A program made the position numbers and the translations under genes. The notes below the pieces were generated by a model. It saw only the letters and a program-made list of their open reading frames with translations. It was not told the origin of the DNA and did not search any database. Of a stretch of 64,000 nucleotides of DNA, positions 18,089-26,651 are shown piece by piece (within the stretch, counting starts at the first letter, position 1; the number at the start of each line of letters is the position of its first letter). Location: NCBI GenBank assembly GCA_902788205.1, contig CADAJJ010000009.1, forward strand, positions 119 to 64,118, given 5' to 3'. This DNA comes from an uncultured Spirochaetales bacterium. Lineage in GTDB: Bacteria; Spirochaetota; Spirochaetia; Sphaerochaetales; Sphaerochaetaceae.

Positions 18089-19477
18089 ATGACGAAGGAC
18101 CTTACCCAAGGCAGCCCGATGCGGCTGATCCTCGCATTCATGTTTCCCGTGCTGGTGGGCTACCTGTTCCAACAGTTCTATACCGTGACCGACACCATCA
18201 TTGTCGCCAAATGCCTCGGGGTCCAAGCCCTGGCGGCGGTAGGGGCAACCGGGTCGGTCAACTTCCTGATCATCGGTTTCTGCATGGGACTGACCAGCGG
18301 CTTCTCCATTCCAGTCAGTCAACGATTTGGCGCAAAGGACGAGTCGGGACTGCGCCAATACCTCTACAACATCATTCCTCTCTGCCTGCTCTTCGCCGCG
18401 GTCTTCACCACGCTGACCACCATCTTCTGCCAACAGATCTTCCAGGCCATGCTGACCCCGGAGGACATCATCGACGGAGCAGTTGCCTACATGCGCATAC
18501 TCTTCTTGGGCATCCCTTTCACCATCCTCTACAACATGGTCTCCGCCATTCTCCGCGCCCTCGGCGACAGCAAGACGCCGGTCTATTTCCTCCTGCTTTC
18601 CTCGGTGCTGAACATCTTCCTTGACCTTTTCCTCATCCTGGTAATCCCCATGGGGGTCGCGGGAGCCTCGCTGGCGACGGTAATCAGCCAGGCGATTGCC
18701 GGATTCATCAGCCTGTTCTACATGATCGGCCACTACCCGATCCTTCGCATGCAGCCTTCGGAACGGAAGGTGCAGATGTCCAAGTGGAGCGTGCTGCTGT
18801 ACAACGGGGTCCCGATGGGGTTGCAGTACTCGATCACCGCCATTGGCAGCGTCATCCTGCAGACCTCGGTCAACACGCTGGGCTCCGAGGCTGTGGCCTG
18901 CGTCACTGCCGGCAACCGCATCGGCATGTTCTTCTGCTGCCCGTACGACGCCATGGGAACCACGATGGCCACCTACGGCGGGCAGAATACCGGAGCGGGC
19001 GACATTCCCCGTCTCAGGAAAGGTCTTCTTTCCTGCTGCTTCATCGGTCTCTGCTACTCGGTGGTCGCTTTCGTGGTGCTTTTCCTCTTCGGCGGCAAGC
19101 TCAGCACGCTCTTCGTCGACCCCAGCCAAGAGGCCTTGATCCGCAACGCGCACTTGTTCCTGACCATCCAGAGTTCCTTCTATTTCCCGCTCGCCCTGGT
19201 CAATATCATCAGATTCATGATCCAAGGCATGGGCTTCGGGGTCTTCGCCATTCTCTCCGGAGTCTTCGAGATGGTGGCAAGGGCCTTTGACGGTATCGTC
19301 CTGGTCCCCCTCTGGGGCTATGTGGCTGCATGCTTCGCAAGCCCGTTCGCCTGGATTTTGGCCGACTGCTTCCTGATTCCCGCCGTCCTGCACTGTTTCC
19401 GCAGGCTTCAGAAGATGTTGGAAACGCACGCGGCGAGAACAGGAGAGCAACCTCCTATGCTTTCACCGAGACCCTGA
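18089..19477 (+). CDS. MATE-family efflux transporter
   Basis: 462 aa with the MATE N-terminal pattern (GSPMRLILAFMFPVLVGYLFQQFYTVTDTIIV). The 3' end overlaps the convergent nitroreductase gene by 23 nt. Confidence 0.85.
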   Translation: MTKDLTQGSPMRLILAFMFPVLVGYLFQQFYTVTDTIIVAKCLGVQALAAVGATGSVNFLIIGFCMGLTSGFSIPVSQRFGAKDESGLRQYLYNIIPLCLLFAAVFTTLTTIFCQQIFQAMLTPEDIIDGAVAYMRILFLGIPFTILYNMVSAILRALGDSKTPVYFLLLSSVLNIFLDLFLILVIPMGVAGASLATVISQAIAGFISLFYMIGHYPILRMQPSERKVQMSKWSVLLYNGVPMGLQYSITAIGSVILQTSVNTLGSEAVACVTAGNRIGMFFCCPYDAMGTTMATYGGQNTGAGDIPRLRKGLLSCCFIGLCYSVVAFVVLFLFGGKLSTLFVDPSQEALIRNAHLFLTIQSSFYFPLALVNIIRFMIQGMGFGVFAILSGVFEMVARAFDGIVLVPLWGYVAACFASPFAWILADCFLIPAVLHCFRRLQKMLETHAARTGEQPPMLSPRP

Positions 19478-20027
19478 GGGCAATGTCCTCGGCAGGTTTC
19501 GCGTCGGGCAAGGCGACGATGCCTCCAAACGGCATCTGGGCGACCAGCTGGTAGTTTTCCGGCACCTTGAAGAGTTCCTTTACCTTCTGGTCGATGACAG
19601 GGTTATAGTGCTGCAGGTTGGCGCCGATGTCCATGTCGCGCAACGCCGACCAGATGGAAAGCTGGAGCATGCCGTTCGCCTGCTGGGCCCAGATGGGGAA
19701 GTTGGCGGCATAGAGGGGAAATTGCTTCTGCATTCCCTCCACCACCGCCATGTCGATGAAATACAGGATGGTTCCCGCGCCGTTCTTGAACCCATTGACC
19801 TTTTCCCGGGGAACCTTGCCCCCGAACACTTCGTAGATGGTATCCCAGAGCCTGTCCTGCTGGGCTCCCAGGGCAACCACCACCCGGGCGCTCTTCATGT
19901 TGAAGGCATCCGGCACTAGCGCCGTAGCCTGCTCCACCATGGAGACCACCTGTTCTTGGGGGACGGGGAGATGCTTGTCGATCTGATAGATGCTTCTGCG
20001 CTTCTCAAGGGAATCAATGATACTCAT
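19455..20027 (-). CDS. Nitroreductase-family protein
   Basis: N-terminal RRSIYQ motif and nitroreductase-like length. ATG 20027 lies 6 nt after AAGGAG. Confidence 0.8.
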   Translation of the reverse strand: MSIIDSLEKRRSIYQIDKHLPVPQEQVVSMVEQATALVPDAFNMKSARVVVALGAQQDRLWDTIYEVFGGKVPREKVNGFKNGAGTILYFIDMAVVEGMQKQFPLYAANFPIWAQQANGMLQLSIWSALRDMDIGANLQHYNPVIDQKVKELFKVPENYQLVAQMPFGGIVALPDAKPAEDIALRVSVKA

Positions 20028-20086
20028 ATGCTGCTCCTTCACGCCCCATGGTCGGACGACTTCGCCGGCAAGTCAAGAAGGCAGGG

Positions 20087-20794
20087 TCAGAAACCACCCA
20101 GCTTTCCCACCACCCGTTTCTGGGCATCTTCGCAGCCGTTCCATGGCTTGTCGAAGTTCTCTGCCTTGAACTTCTGGGTCTGCCAGAGGACGTCATCCTG
20201 CAACCGTTCCAGGTTCCGCAGTTCCACCTCGGTAAGGTCGGTCACGAAACGCTTGCGGTTCTCGGCGTCGAGAGCCTCTTTGCTCCACACAAGGAGCATC
20301 TGGTAATGGGGGAGGCAGAAGCCCTTGCCCTCCTGCAACGCTTTCTGGAAATCGGGATCATGGCCATAGAGGAAGGCTGTCGTGTAGGTATAGCGGATAT
20401 CGTGTTCCTCCTCCTGCCGGCAGACCAGACACTGGGGTTGGCGCTTCTCGACCGCCTGCTGGAAAGCGGCGACCGCCTTGTCGACTTTTCGTCCCGCCTT
20501 GGCGTCAAGAATCCCTTTCATCGCCTTTTCCAGGCTCTCGCGGGTCTCGTGCAGGTAGGTGTCGCTCATCAGCGCCATTCCCTGGACCTTCCCTGCCGCG
20601 AGCAATTGCTGTACATGGTCATGGCAGAACCATGATTGGTTGACCTTGACCCGCGTCTCAGGGTTCATGACCGATGGGCCGAGGTAGAACTTGACCGACC
20701 GGGTCTCGGCTTGCTTCTTCAGGCTGCAGAGGAAACACTCCCCTCCGGACTTGATGGCGTCCCACACGGCAATGGTATCCAGCTGAACGCGCAT
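20087..20794 (-). CDS. Cys/His-rich protein with duplicated CxxC...FCxxH module (DUF6062-like)
   Basis: CFLC-x33-FCHDHVQQLL and CLVC-x34-FCLPHYQMLL form an internal repeat. I prefer the start at MRVQLDT (20794) over 20839. Confidence 0.6.
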   Translation of the reverse strand: MRVQLDTIAVWDAIKSGGECFLCSLKKQAETRSVKFYLGPSVMNPETRVKVNQSWFCHDHVQQLLAAGKVQGMALMSDTYLHETRESLEKAMKGILDAKAGRKVDKAVAAFQQAVEKRQPQCLVCRQEEEHDIRYTYTTAFLYGHDPDFQKALQEGKGFCLPHYQMLLVWSKEALDAENRKRFVTDLTEVELRNLERLQDDVLWQTQKFKAENFDKPWNGCEDAQKRVVGKLGGF

Positions 20795-20835
20795 GGTACG
20801 TACCCCCTTTGGGCAAGTATCGCACTCTTTCCCGG

Positions 20836-20867
20836 ACAAAGCAAAGGGGACCGTGGTGCGGTCCCCC
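20836..20867 (-). terminator. Rho-independent terminator after the second transketolase pair
   Basis: On the minus strand, GGGGACCG-CACCA-CGGTCCCC is followed by TTTGCTTTG. Confidence 0.6.
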
Positions 20868-20893
20868 CAAGGAAATCTTGTCTGGTTCTCTGT

Positions 20894-21841
20894 TCAGCGT
20901 TTCGCCAGTGCTTCGCCCACCTCGGCGATATGCTCTGGAGTGAAACCGAACGCCTTTGTCAGATAGTCCAGGTTGCCGACCTCGCCGAAGCGTTCGCCGA
21001 CATTGACAAAATCCATCTTGACCGGGTTGGTCTTGGCAAGGTATCCGGCAACCATCTCGCCCACGCCGCCGGCATAGCGGCCGTTCTCACAGACCAGGAC
21101 GTGCCCGGTCCGCTTGGCCACCTTGTCGATCAAGGCAGTGTCCAGCGGACGGATTGTGTGCAGGTCGACCAACGTCGCCTTGATTCCCTTTTGGGCAAGC
21201 AGCTCGACCGCTTTGGTCGCCGCGTCCACCATCACCTGGCCGGTCGCGACAATCGCCAAGTCACCGCCATCGGCGAGCTCGATGCCCTTGCCCAGCTCGA
21301 CCTTGGTGCCGAGCGGATAGCGGTGGGCGATGGTCTTGCGCGGGAAGCGGGTATAGCTGGCCTTTCCGCTGTCATAGACCTGCAGGGTCAGCTCGTACAG
21401 GCTCTGCGCGTCGCTGGGCTCGATCACGATCATGCCCGGAATCTGGCGCATCAGGGCGATGTCCTCGAACGGCATATGGGTGCCGCCGTTATAGGTGGCG
21501 TTGACACCGGGATCGGAGCCGAGCAGATGCACGCAGCGTTTGGCGTAACCGACACTGAGGAACGCCTGGTCATACGCCCTGCGGCTGGCGAAGACGCCAA
21601 AACTGTGGGCGAACGGGGTCAGGCCGGCCGAAGAAAGACCTGCGGCGACAGCGACCATGTTGCCCTCGGCGATACCGCAGTTGTAGAAGCGGTCTGGATA
21701 GAGCTTCTGGAAAGATCCAGCCCCGATGCAGGAGGAAAGGTCCGCATCAAGGTAGACGACATCCTCATGGATGGCGGCCAAGTCGTTGATCGCCGCCATC
21801 ATCACGTCTCTCATGAATTTGAAATCTTTGGTGTCTCTCAT
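20894..21841 (-). CDS. Transketolase, C-terminal subunit (second split pair)
   Basis: GIAEGNMVAVAAGLS motif; 315 aa. ATGA overlap with the upstream cistron at 21838-21841. Confidence 0.9.
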   Translation of the reverse strand: MRDTKDFKFMRDVMMAAINDLAAIHEDVVYLDADLSSCIGAGSFQKLYPDRFYNCGIAEGNMVAVAAGLSSAGLTPFAHSFGVFASRRAYDQAFLSVGYAKRCVHLLGSDPGVNATYNGGTHMPFEDIALMRQIPGMIVIEPSDAQSLYELTLQVYDSGKASYTRFPRKTIAHRYPLGTKVELGKGIELADGGDLAIVATGQVMVDAATKAVELLAQKGIKATLVDLHTIRPLDTALIDKVAKRTGHVLVCENGRYAGGVGEMVAGYLAKTNPVKMDFVNVGERFGEVGNLDYLTKAFGFTPEHIAEVGEALAKR

Positions 21842-22677
21842 GCCTGCACCCCCTCGCGCTCGTACAGCTCCTTGACGGCTTCCTTCGCCTGCTCAAGGTT
21901 GAATGCCATGCTGTGGTTCTTTTCGGTCTTCTCGCCCGGGATGAAGCCATGGGATTTCTGCGTGTCCATGATGATCATGTGGGGACGTCCCGGTGTCTTC
22001 TTGGCCCTCTGCACGGCATCATCGATCATTTCGAAGTTATGGCCGCAGATTCTCTGCACGTGCCACCCGAAACCCTGCCAGCGGGTCTCGATTCCATCCA
22101 TGCAGATGATGTCCTCGGTCCTGCCATCCAGTTGCAGGCGGTTGAAATCGGTAAAGGCGATCAGGTTGTCCAGCTTCCACATGGCAGCCGTCTCGGCAGC
22201 CTCCCAGATTTCGCCCTCCTGGCTCTCGCCGTCGCCGATGACGGCGAACGTGCGGCTCTGGTCGAAATGGCGGATCTTCTGTCCGAGCGCGATGCCAACG
22301 GCGGCGCTGAAGCCCTGTCCAAGCGACCCGCCGGTAAAGTCGACGCCCGGAGTCTTGGTCATGTCGCAATGGCTGGGCAGCTTGGTGCCGCCTTGGTTGA
22401 GCGTCATCAGCATCTCGACGGGGAAGTATCCTTTGCTGGCCAGAGTAGCATAGACCGCCGGGCCGGCGTGGCCCTTGGAGCAGACAAAGCGGTCGCGGTC
22501 CTCCTTCTGAGGGTTCTTCGGGTCGACATGCATCTCATGATAGTACAGATAGGTCAGCATCTCGACGATCGACATGCTTCCTCCGATATGTCCGGAACCA
22601 AAATTCCCAATCTCCTCGATTGTCAGTTTCCGGATCTCCAACGCTTTCAGTTTCAAAGTCTGGAGATCTTCCAGCAT
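21838..22677 (-). CDS. Transketolase, N-terminal TPP-binding subunit (second split pair)
   Basis: GSGHIGGSMS and GDGESQEGEIWEA motifs; 279 aa. Confidence 0.9.
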   Translation of the reverse strand: MLEDLQTLKLKALEIRKLTIEEIGNFGSGHIGGSMSIVEMLTYLYYHEMHVDPKNPQKEDRDRFVCSKGHAGPAVYATLASKGYFPVEMLMTLNQGGTKLPSHCDMTKTPGVDFTGGSLGQGFSAAVGIALGQKIRHFDQSRTFAVIGDGESQEGEIWEAAETAAMWKLDNLIAFTDFNRLQLDGRTEDIICMDGIETRWQGFGWHVQRICGHNFEMIDDAVQRAKKTPGRPHMIIMDTQKSHGFIPGEKTEKNHSMAFNLEQAKEAVKELYEREGVQA

Positions 22678-22690
22678 ACGTTGTTCCTCC

Positions 22691-23326
22691 CTATGTTCTC
22701 AGGGCATCGCACCGGGCCTGGTCCAGGCCCCGTACCGCAATTCCCTTCTGTGTTGCTTGCCATGCGATGACCGTCATCTGGCAGCACCTCTCGAGCACGT
22801 CGATTTTCTCGAAGGCCTCAAGCAGGCTCCTGCCCAAGCAGGTCACGCCATGATTCTCCATCACCAGTACATCGGAACGCAAGGACTTTTCCGCTACTTT
22901 CCGCGCCAGCTCCTCCGTTCCCATCCTCGCATACGGCACGATGGCGACCTCTCCCAGTTGCCACCAGGCCTCGGCGGTCAGTCGGGTGTCAACCGGGCAC
23001 TCCTCCAAGGCGCTGAAGGCAGAGACATAGATTGGATGGGCGTGCACGATGGCCCGCACATCCGGCCTGGCCATATAGATCAGGCGGTGCATCCCGGTCT
23101 CGATGGAAAGCTTCCATGAGGATAGGTTCTCCCCCTCCATCGTCACCTGGGCGATCTGGTCGCCCGAAAGTGAACTCTTGTCCAGCCCGCTCGGAGTGAT
23201 CAGAAAGCTGTTCCCGTCCACCCGTACGCTGACATTCCCACCCAAACTGGTGGTCAGGCCGCGCCGATACAGACGCGCCATTGTCTCGGCCACCTTTGAG
23301 CGCGCTTGCGCCAATGCATCTTCCAT
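22691..23326 (-). CDS. Class II aldolase/adducin-domain protein (FucA/AraD-like)
   Basis: RRGLTTSLGGNVSVR, HAHPIY and MENHGVTCLG motifs. The start at MEDALAQ (23326) fits family N-termini. Confidence 0.8.
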   Translation of the reverse strand: MEDALAQARSKVAETMARLYRRGLTTSLGGNVSVRVDGNSFLITPSGLDKSSLSGDQIAQVTMEGENLSSWKLSIETGMHRLIYMARPDVRAIVHAHPIYVSAFSALEECPVDTRLTAEAWWQLGEVAIVPYARMGTEELARKVAEKSLRSDVLVMENHGVTCLGRSLLEAFEKIDVLERCCQMTVIAWQATQKGIAVRGLDQARCDALRT

Positions 23327-23333
23327 AGTACGG

Positions 23334-23342
23334 AGTATACCA
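23334..23342 (-). promoter_or_regulatory. Extended -10 element TGgTATACT 7 nt upstream of the aldolase ATG (possibly leaderless)
   Basis: No SD sequence lies before ATG 23326, and no good -35 was found. Weak call. Confidence 0.25.
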
Positions 23343-23430
23343 TAGGAAACTGTGAACGTGCATCGTAAGGGAATCTTTTCCCAAACGAGACAAATCGCTA
23401 CAATGTCCATGGTTCTAAGGAGAGGCAATC

Positions 23431-25203
23431 ATGCGAATGTCCAAACTGTTTTCCAAGACCCTTCGCGAGGCACCCAGCGGCGCAGACTCCAAGGGATATG
23501 AGTATCTTCTGCGGGCGGGATTCATCAATCAGATGGGAGCCGGGCTCTTCAGCCTGCTTCCTCTCGGCTTCCGTTCCAACACGAAGATCGAGACGATCAT
23601 CCGTGAGGAAATGGATGCCATCGGAGCCCAGGAAATGCAGATGCCGGTAGTCAACACCGCAGACATCTGGAAGAAGACGGGACGTTTCTACTCGATCGAC
23701 AAGGAGATGACCCGCTTCCAGGACCGTGTCGGACGCGACATGGTGCTTGCCATGACCCATGAAGAGGCAGTCACCGACGCCGCGTTGGACGAGCTTGATT
23801 CCTACAAGAAACTTCCTGTCCTGGTCTACCAGATCCAGACCAAGTGGAGGGACGACCCCCGTCCGCGCGCAGGCCTGATCCGCGTACGCGAGTTCACCAT
23901 GCTCGACTCCTACAGTTTCGACAAGGACCAAGAGGGCCTGGACAAGGTCTATGGTGACCACTACAAGGCCTATTTCCGCATCTACGGTCGTTGTGGGCTC
24001 CCCGTCATCGCTGTCGGCGCCGACAGTGGCATGATGGGCGGCAAGATCAGCCACGAGTACATGTACCTCTCTCCGATTGGCGAAGACACGATCATCCACT
24101 GCGACGCGTGCGGCTACACCGCCAACCGCCAGGTCGCCAAGTTCCAGAAGGAGTACCTGCCCGAGGAGCCGAAGCCACTGGAAAAGGTCAAGACTCCCGA
24201 CTGCAAGACAATCGAGGAGCTGTGCGCATTTCTGAAGATTGATGCGAAACGGACTGCCAAGGCGGTCTTCATGGTCGGCGCCTTCATCAACGACAAGAAC
24301 GGCAAGGAAGAGGACAAGCTGATTGTCGCGATCATCCGTGGCGACATGGATGTCGAGGAAAGCAAGCTGCAGAACGCCGTGAAGGCCAACAGCCTGCGTC
24401 CCGCCAGAGAGGAAGAAATCCTTGCTGGCGGTATGGTTCCTGGCTTCGGCAGTCCGATCGGCGCCAAGGAAGGAGTCGTCAAGGTCATCGACGACAGCGT
24501 CGCCAAGAGCAACAACTTCGTCGCGGGTGCCAACGAGGAAGGCTACCACTATCTGAATACCAACTACGGCCGTGATTATGACGGCTTGGTAGCCGACATC
24601 GCCAGCGCGCAGGAAGGGTATCTCTGCCCGAAGTGCGGAAAGCCGATGCACTCCGACAAGGGTATCGAGGCCGGCAACATCTTCCAGCTGGGAACCCGCT
24701 ACTCCGAGGCCATGAATCTGGCCTTCCAGGATGAGAGCGGTGTCCGCAAGCCGGTCATCATGGGCTCCTATGGCATCGGTGTCGGCCGTCTGCTCGCCTG
24801 TCTGGCCGAGGAATACCACGACGACAAGGGCCTGAAGCTCCCCATCACCGTCGCCCCCTACCAGGTCGAGCTGGTCAGTCTTGTCAAAGATCCGGAAGTC
24901 GGCGAGAAACTCTACGACGAGCTCACCAAGAGCGGCATCGAGGTGCTCTACGACGACCGCAAGGAGACGGCGGGAGTCAAGTTCGCTGACGCGGACCTGA
25001 TCGGCATCCCGGTACGCATCACCGTCGGCAACCGCTCCCTGAAGGAGGGCAAGGCCGAAGTCAAGACCAGAGACAACCTGGACGAGACGATGATGTTCGA
25101 CCTGGACAACCTGACCGGCGAGGTCAAGGACCTGGTCGCCAAGATGACCAAGAGGGTCTACGACAAGATCCAGGACAAAACCTGGATCAAGAACGTGAAT
25201 TGA
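23431..25203 (+). CDS. proS: Proline--tRNA ligase (bacterial type with editing insertion)
   Basis: 590 aa with class II aaRS motifs and an N-terminal MRMSKLFSKTLREAP pattern typical of ProRS. AAGGAGAGG RBS. Confidence 0.95.
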   Translation: MRMSKLFSKTLREAPSGADSKGYEYLLRAGFINQMGAGLFSLLPLGFRSNTKIETIIREEMDAIGAQEMQMPVVNTADIWKKTGRFYSIDKEMTRFQDRVGRDMVLAMTHEEAVTDAALDELDSYKKLPVLVYQIQTKWRDDPRPRAGLIRVREFTMLDSYSFDKDQEGLDKVYGDHYKAYFRIYGRCGLPVIAVGADSGMMGGKISHEYMYLSPIGEDTIIHCDACGYTANRQVAKFQKEYLPEEPKPLEKVKTPDCKTIEELCAFLKIDAKRTAKAVFMVGAFINDKNGKEEDKLIVAIIRGDMDVEESKLQNAVKANSLRPAREEEILAGGMVPGFGSPIGAKEGVVKVIDDSVAKSNNFVAGANEEGYHYLNTNYGRDYDGLVADIASAQEGYLCPKCGKPMHSDKGIEAGNIFQLGTRYSEAMNLAFQDESGVRKPVIMGSYGIGVGRLLACLAEEYHDDKGLKLPITVAPYQVELVSLVKDPEVGEKLYDELTKSGIEVLYDDRKETAGVKFADADLIGIPVRITVGNRSLKEGKAEVKTRDNLDETMMFDLDNLTGEVKDLVAKMTKRVYDKIQDKTWIKNVN

Positions 25204-25224
25204 CCGTTTCCCACCACCATGAAG

Positions 25225-25256
25225 GACGCCGGAGCAACCCTCCGGCGTCTTTCTTG
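25225..25256. terminator. Bidirectional terminator between proS and the Fic gene
   Basis: 9-bp stem GACGCCGGA/TCCGGCGTC with a 7-nt loop, followed by TTTCTT. Confidence 0.65.
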
Positions 25257-25260
25257 TATC

Positions 25261-26523
25261 CTACGCTCTCAAGGTTGCCAGGATAGAGGAGAATTCCTTG
25301 CTGCGGGCATACCCGACAAGTCGCTTGTTGAGGGGCACGGGTTCCAGCAGGCCTTTCCTTACGAGTGTTTCCAGGTCGGAGCGGATGGTCTTCACGGAGA
25401 CGGCGAATCTCGTCACCAGTTCCTTGCTGGAAAAAAGAGCGGAAGGTTGTTCGGCATAGAGACGTATGAGTTCTGCCTGCCTTTCATTCAACCCGGGTAT
25501 CCGGTATTCCAAGCATGCATTCGTTTCCTGGGCCTTTCGCTCCAGATAGTCCTGGAATGCTTCAAGCGCCTGCCAGAGTACTTGCAGGTGATACTGGATG
25601 AAATATCCTACATCAAGCTCATCGTTCTCGGTCGCGAGAAATGCTTTCTCGTACATGCTCTTGCTCCGATAGATGATACGGGAGATGGAGAGGTATTGCG
25701 TCATCCAATATCCTTGTTTCAGCATGTACCAATAGAAAAGCGCGCGTGCGGTCCGCCCGTTTCCATCTACGAAGGGATGGAGATAGGAAACCATGAAATG
25801 AACGAGGATGGCCTTGATGATGGGATGCATGAAAGGGCCGGAATCCGAATTGATGAAGGTCCCGAGCTGGGCGACCGCTTCGGGAATCATGGAACAGGGG
25901 GGAGGTTCATGGAAGATTTCCCCACTGATTCCATCCACCACATGAATTGTGTTGTCTGTCCGGAACCTGCCTTCATCCCGAGGGTCATCCAAGGTCTTCT
26001 CGGTAATCCGTTTATGGATTTCAAGCAACAACTCCGGGGAAAAATCCTCATGGGTATGGGATACGAGGAAGCGGATGGTCTGGTAATTGTTCACAATCAT
26101 CTGCTGGCTTGTATCTTTTGGTTTTGCCTGTCGGAGCAACATCTCCTTGGCGACGACTCTCGTGGTGGCTGCGCCCTCCATCCGACTCGATGCGATTGCT
26201 TCTTCCATGAGGGAAGTTGCGAGATACTTTTGCGGGCTCTGGAAAGAAAGCGTATCGAATCCATGGAGGATTTCCTGCATGCGCCGTGTTTCCTTGTAGG
26301 TGAAGGTACCGGAACAAAAGGAACACTTCACGCTCCCGATCTTCCTTGACAGTTTCACCGCATTCCAGAAATCCGCCGCATCCAGACCTTCCGGCACATG
26401 GTATTTGACCTTGTCCCAATACAGATACTCGTCGTTGATCTTGTCAATCACCGATGCATATGCGGGGTCTGAGAGAATCTGCACTGCAGATTGCCCTGCT
26501 GCGCGAGGAGGTTTTTCCATCAT
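25261..26523 (-). CDS. Fic-family protein (AMPylase type) with C-terminal winged-HTH-like region
   Basis: Fic motif HPFVDGNGRTARAL. The N-terminal segment carries SSRMEG, matching the (S/T)xxxE(G/N) auto-inhibition motif. Confidence 0.9.
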   Translation of the reverse strand: MMEKPPRAAGQSAVQILSDPAYASVIDKINDEYLYWDKVKYHVPEGLDAADFWNAVKLSRKIGSVKCSFCSGTFTYKETRRMQEILHGFDTLSFQSPQKYLATSLMEEAIASSRMEGAATTRVVAKEMLLRQAKPKDTSQQMIVNNYQTIRFLVSHTHEDFSPELLLEIHKRITEKTLDDPRDEGRFRTDNTIHVVDGISGEIFHEPPPCSMIPEAVAQLGTFINSDSGPFMHPIIKAILVHFMVSYLHPFVDGNGRTARALFYWYMLKQGYWMTQYLSISRIIYRSKSMYEKAFLATENDELDVGYFIQYHLQVLWQALEAFQDYLERKAQETNACLEYRIPGLNERQAELIRLYAEQPSALFSSKELVTRFAVSVKTIRSDLETLVRKGLLEPVPLNKRLVGYARSKEFSSILATLRA

Positions 26524-26566
26524 GTGGGCATGATACCATTACATCTCCGAGCAGGCAATCAAATTA

Positions 26567-26600
26567 GGGGAAATTTCCTCTAATTTCCTCTAATTTCCCC
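26567..26600. repeat. Three tandem 10-mers (aAATTTCCTC/TAATTTCCTC/TAATTTCCCC) framed by the inverted repeat GGGGAAATT...AATTTCCCC
   Basis: Seen directly, 44-77 bp upstream of the Fic start codon. Possible operator. Confidence 0.5.
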
Positions 26601-26607
26601 ATAAGAA

Positions 26608-26632
26608 AGCCGTCCCGAAAACCGAGACGGCT
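26608..26632 (-). terminator. Terminator-like hairpin after the 5'-nucleotidase gene
   Basis: On the minus strand, AGCCGTC..GACGGCT stem followed by TTCTTAT. Confidence 0.5.
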
Positions 26633-26651
26633 CATGTGCATGTTCCTGCTC

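Noticed and set aside
18065-19450. 461-aa minus-strand ORF antisense to the second MATE transporter
   Set aside because: The same shadow-ORF pattern: an E/D/G/R-rich sequence with no motifs. The plus-strand MATE gene has a clear family signature.
19455-19477. 23-nt overlap of convergent MATE and nitroreductase genes (also the overlapping or abutting stops at 34704-34707 and 53777-53782) as a regulatory antisense device
   Set aside because: Short 3' overlaps of convergent genes are common in compact genomes. Nothing in the sequence, such as conserved structure or repeats, suggests a dedicated mechanism.
23398-24819. 473-aa minus-strand ORF antisense to proS
   Set aside because: proS on the plus strand is unambiguous. 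The antisense product is repetitive, V/G/D/L-rich and lacks translation signals.
25261-26523. Fic gene as part of a toxin-antitoxin or phage-defence module
   Set aside because: There is no small adjacent antitoxin ORF. The inhibitory motif is intramolecular, the neighbours are proS and a nucleotidase, and there is no mobile-element context.
26571-26600. Tandem 10-mers as a CRISPR-like or minisatellite array
   Set aside because: There are only three imperfect copies with no spacers and no cas genes. I treat them as a possible operator instead.
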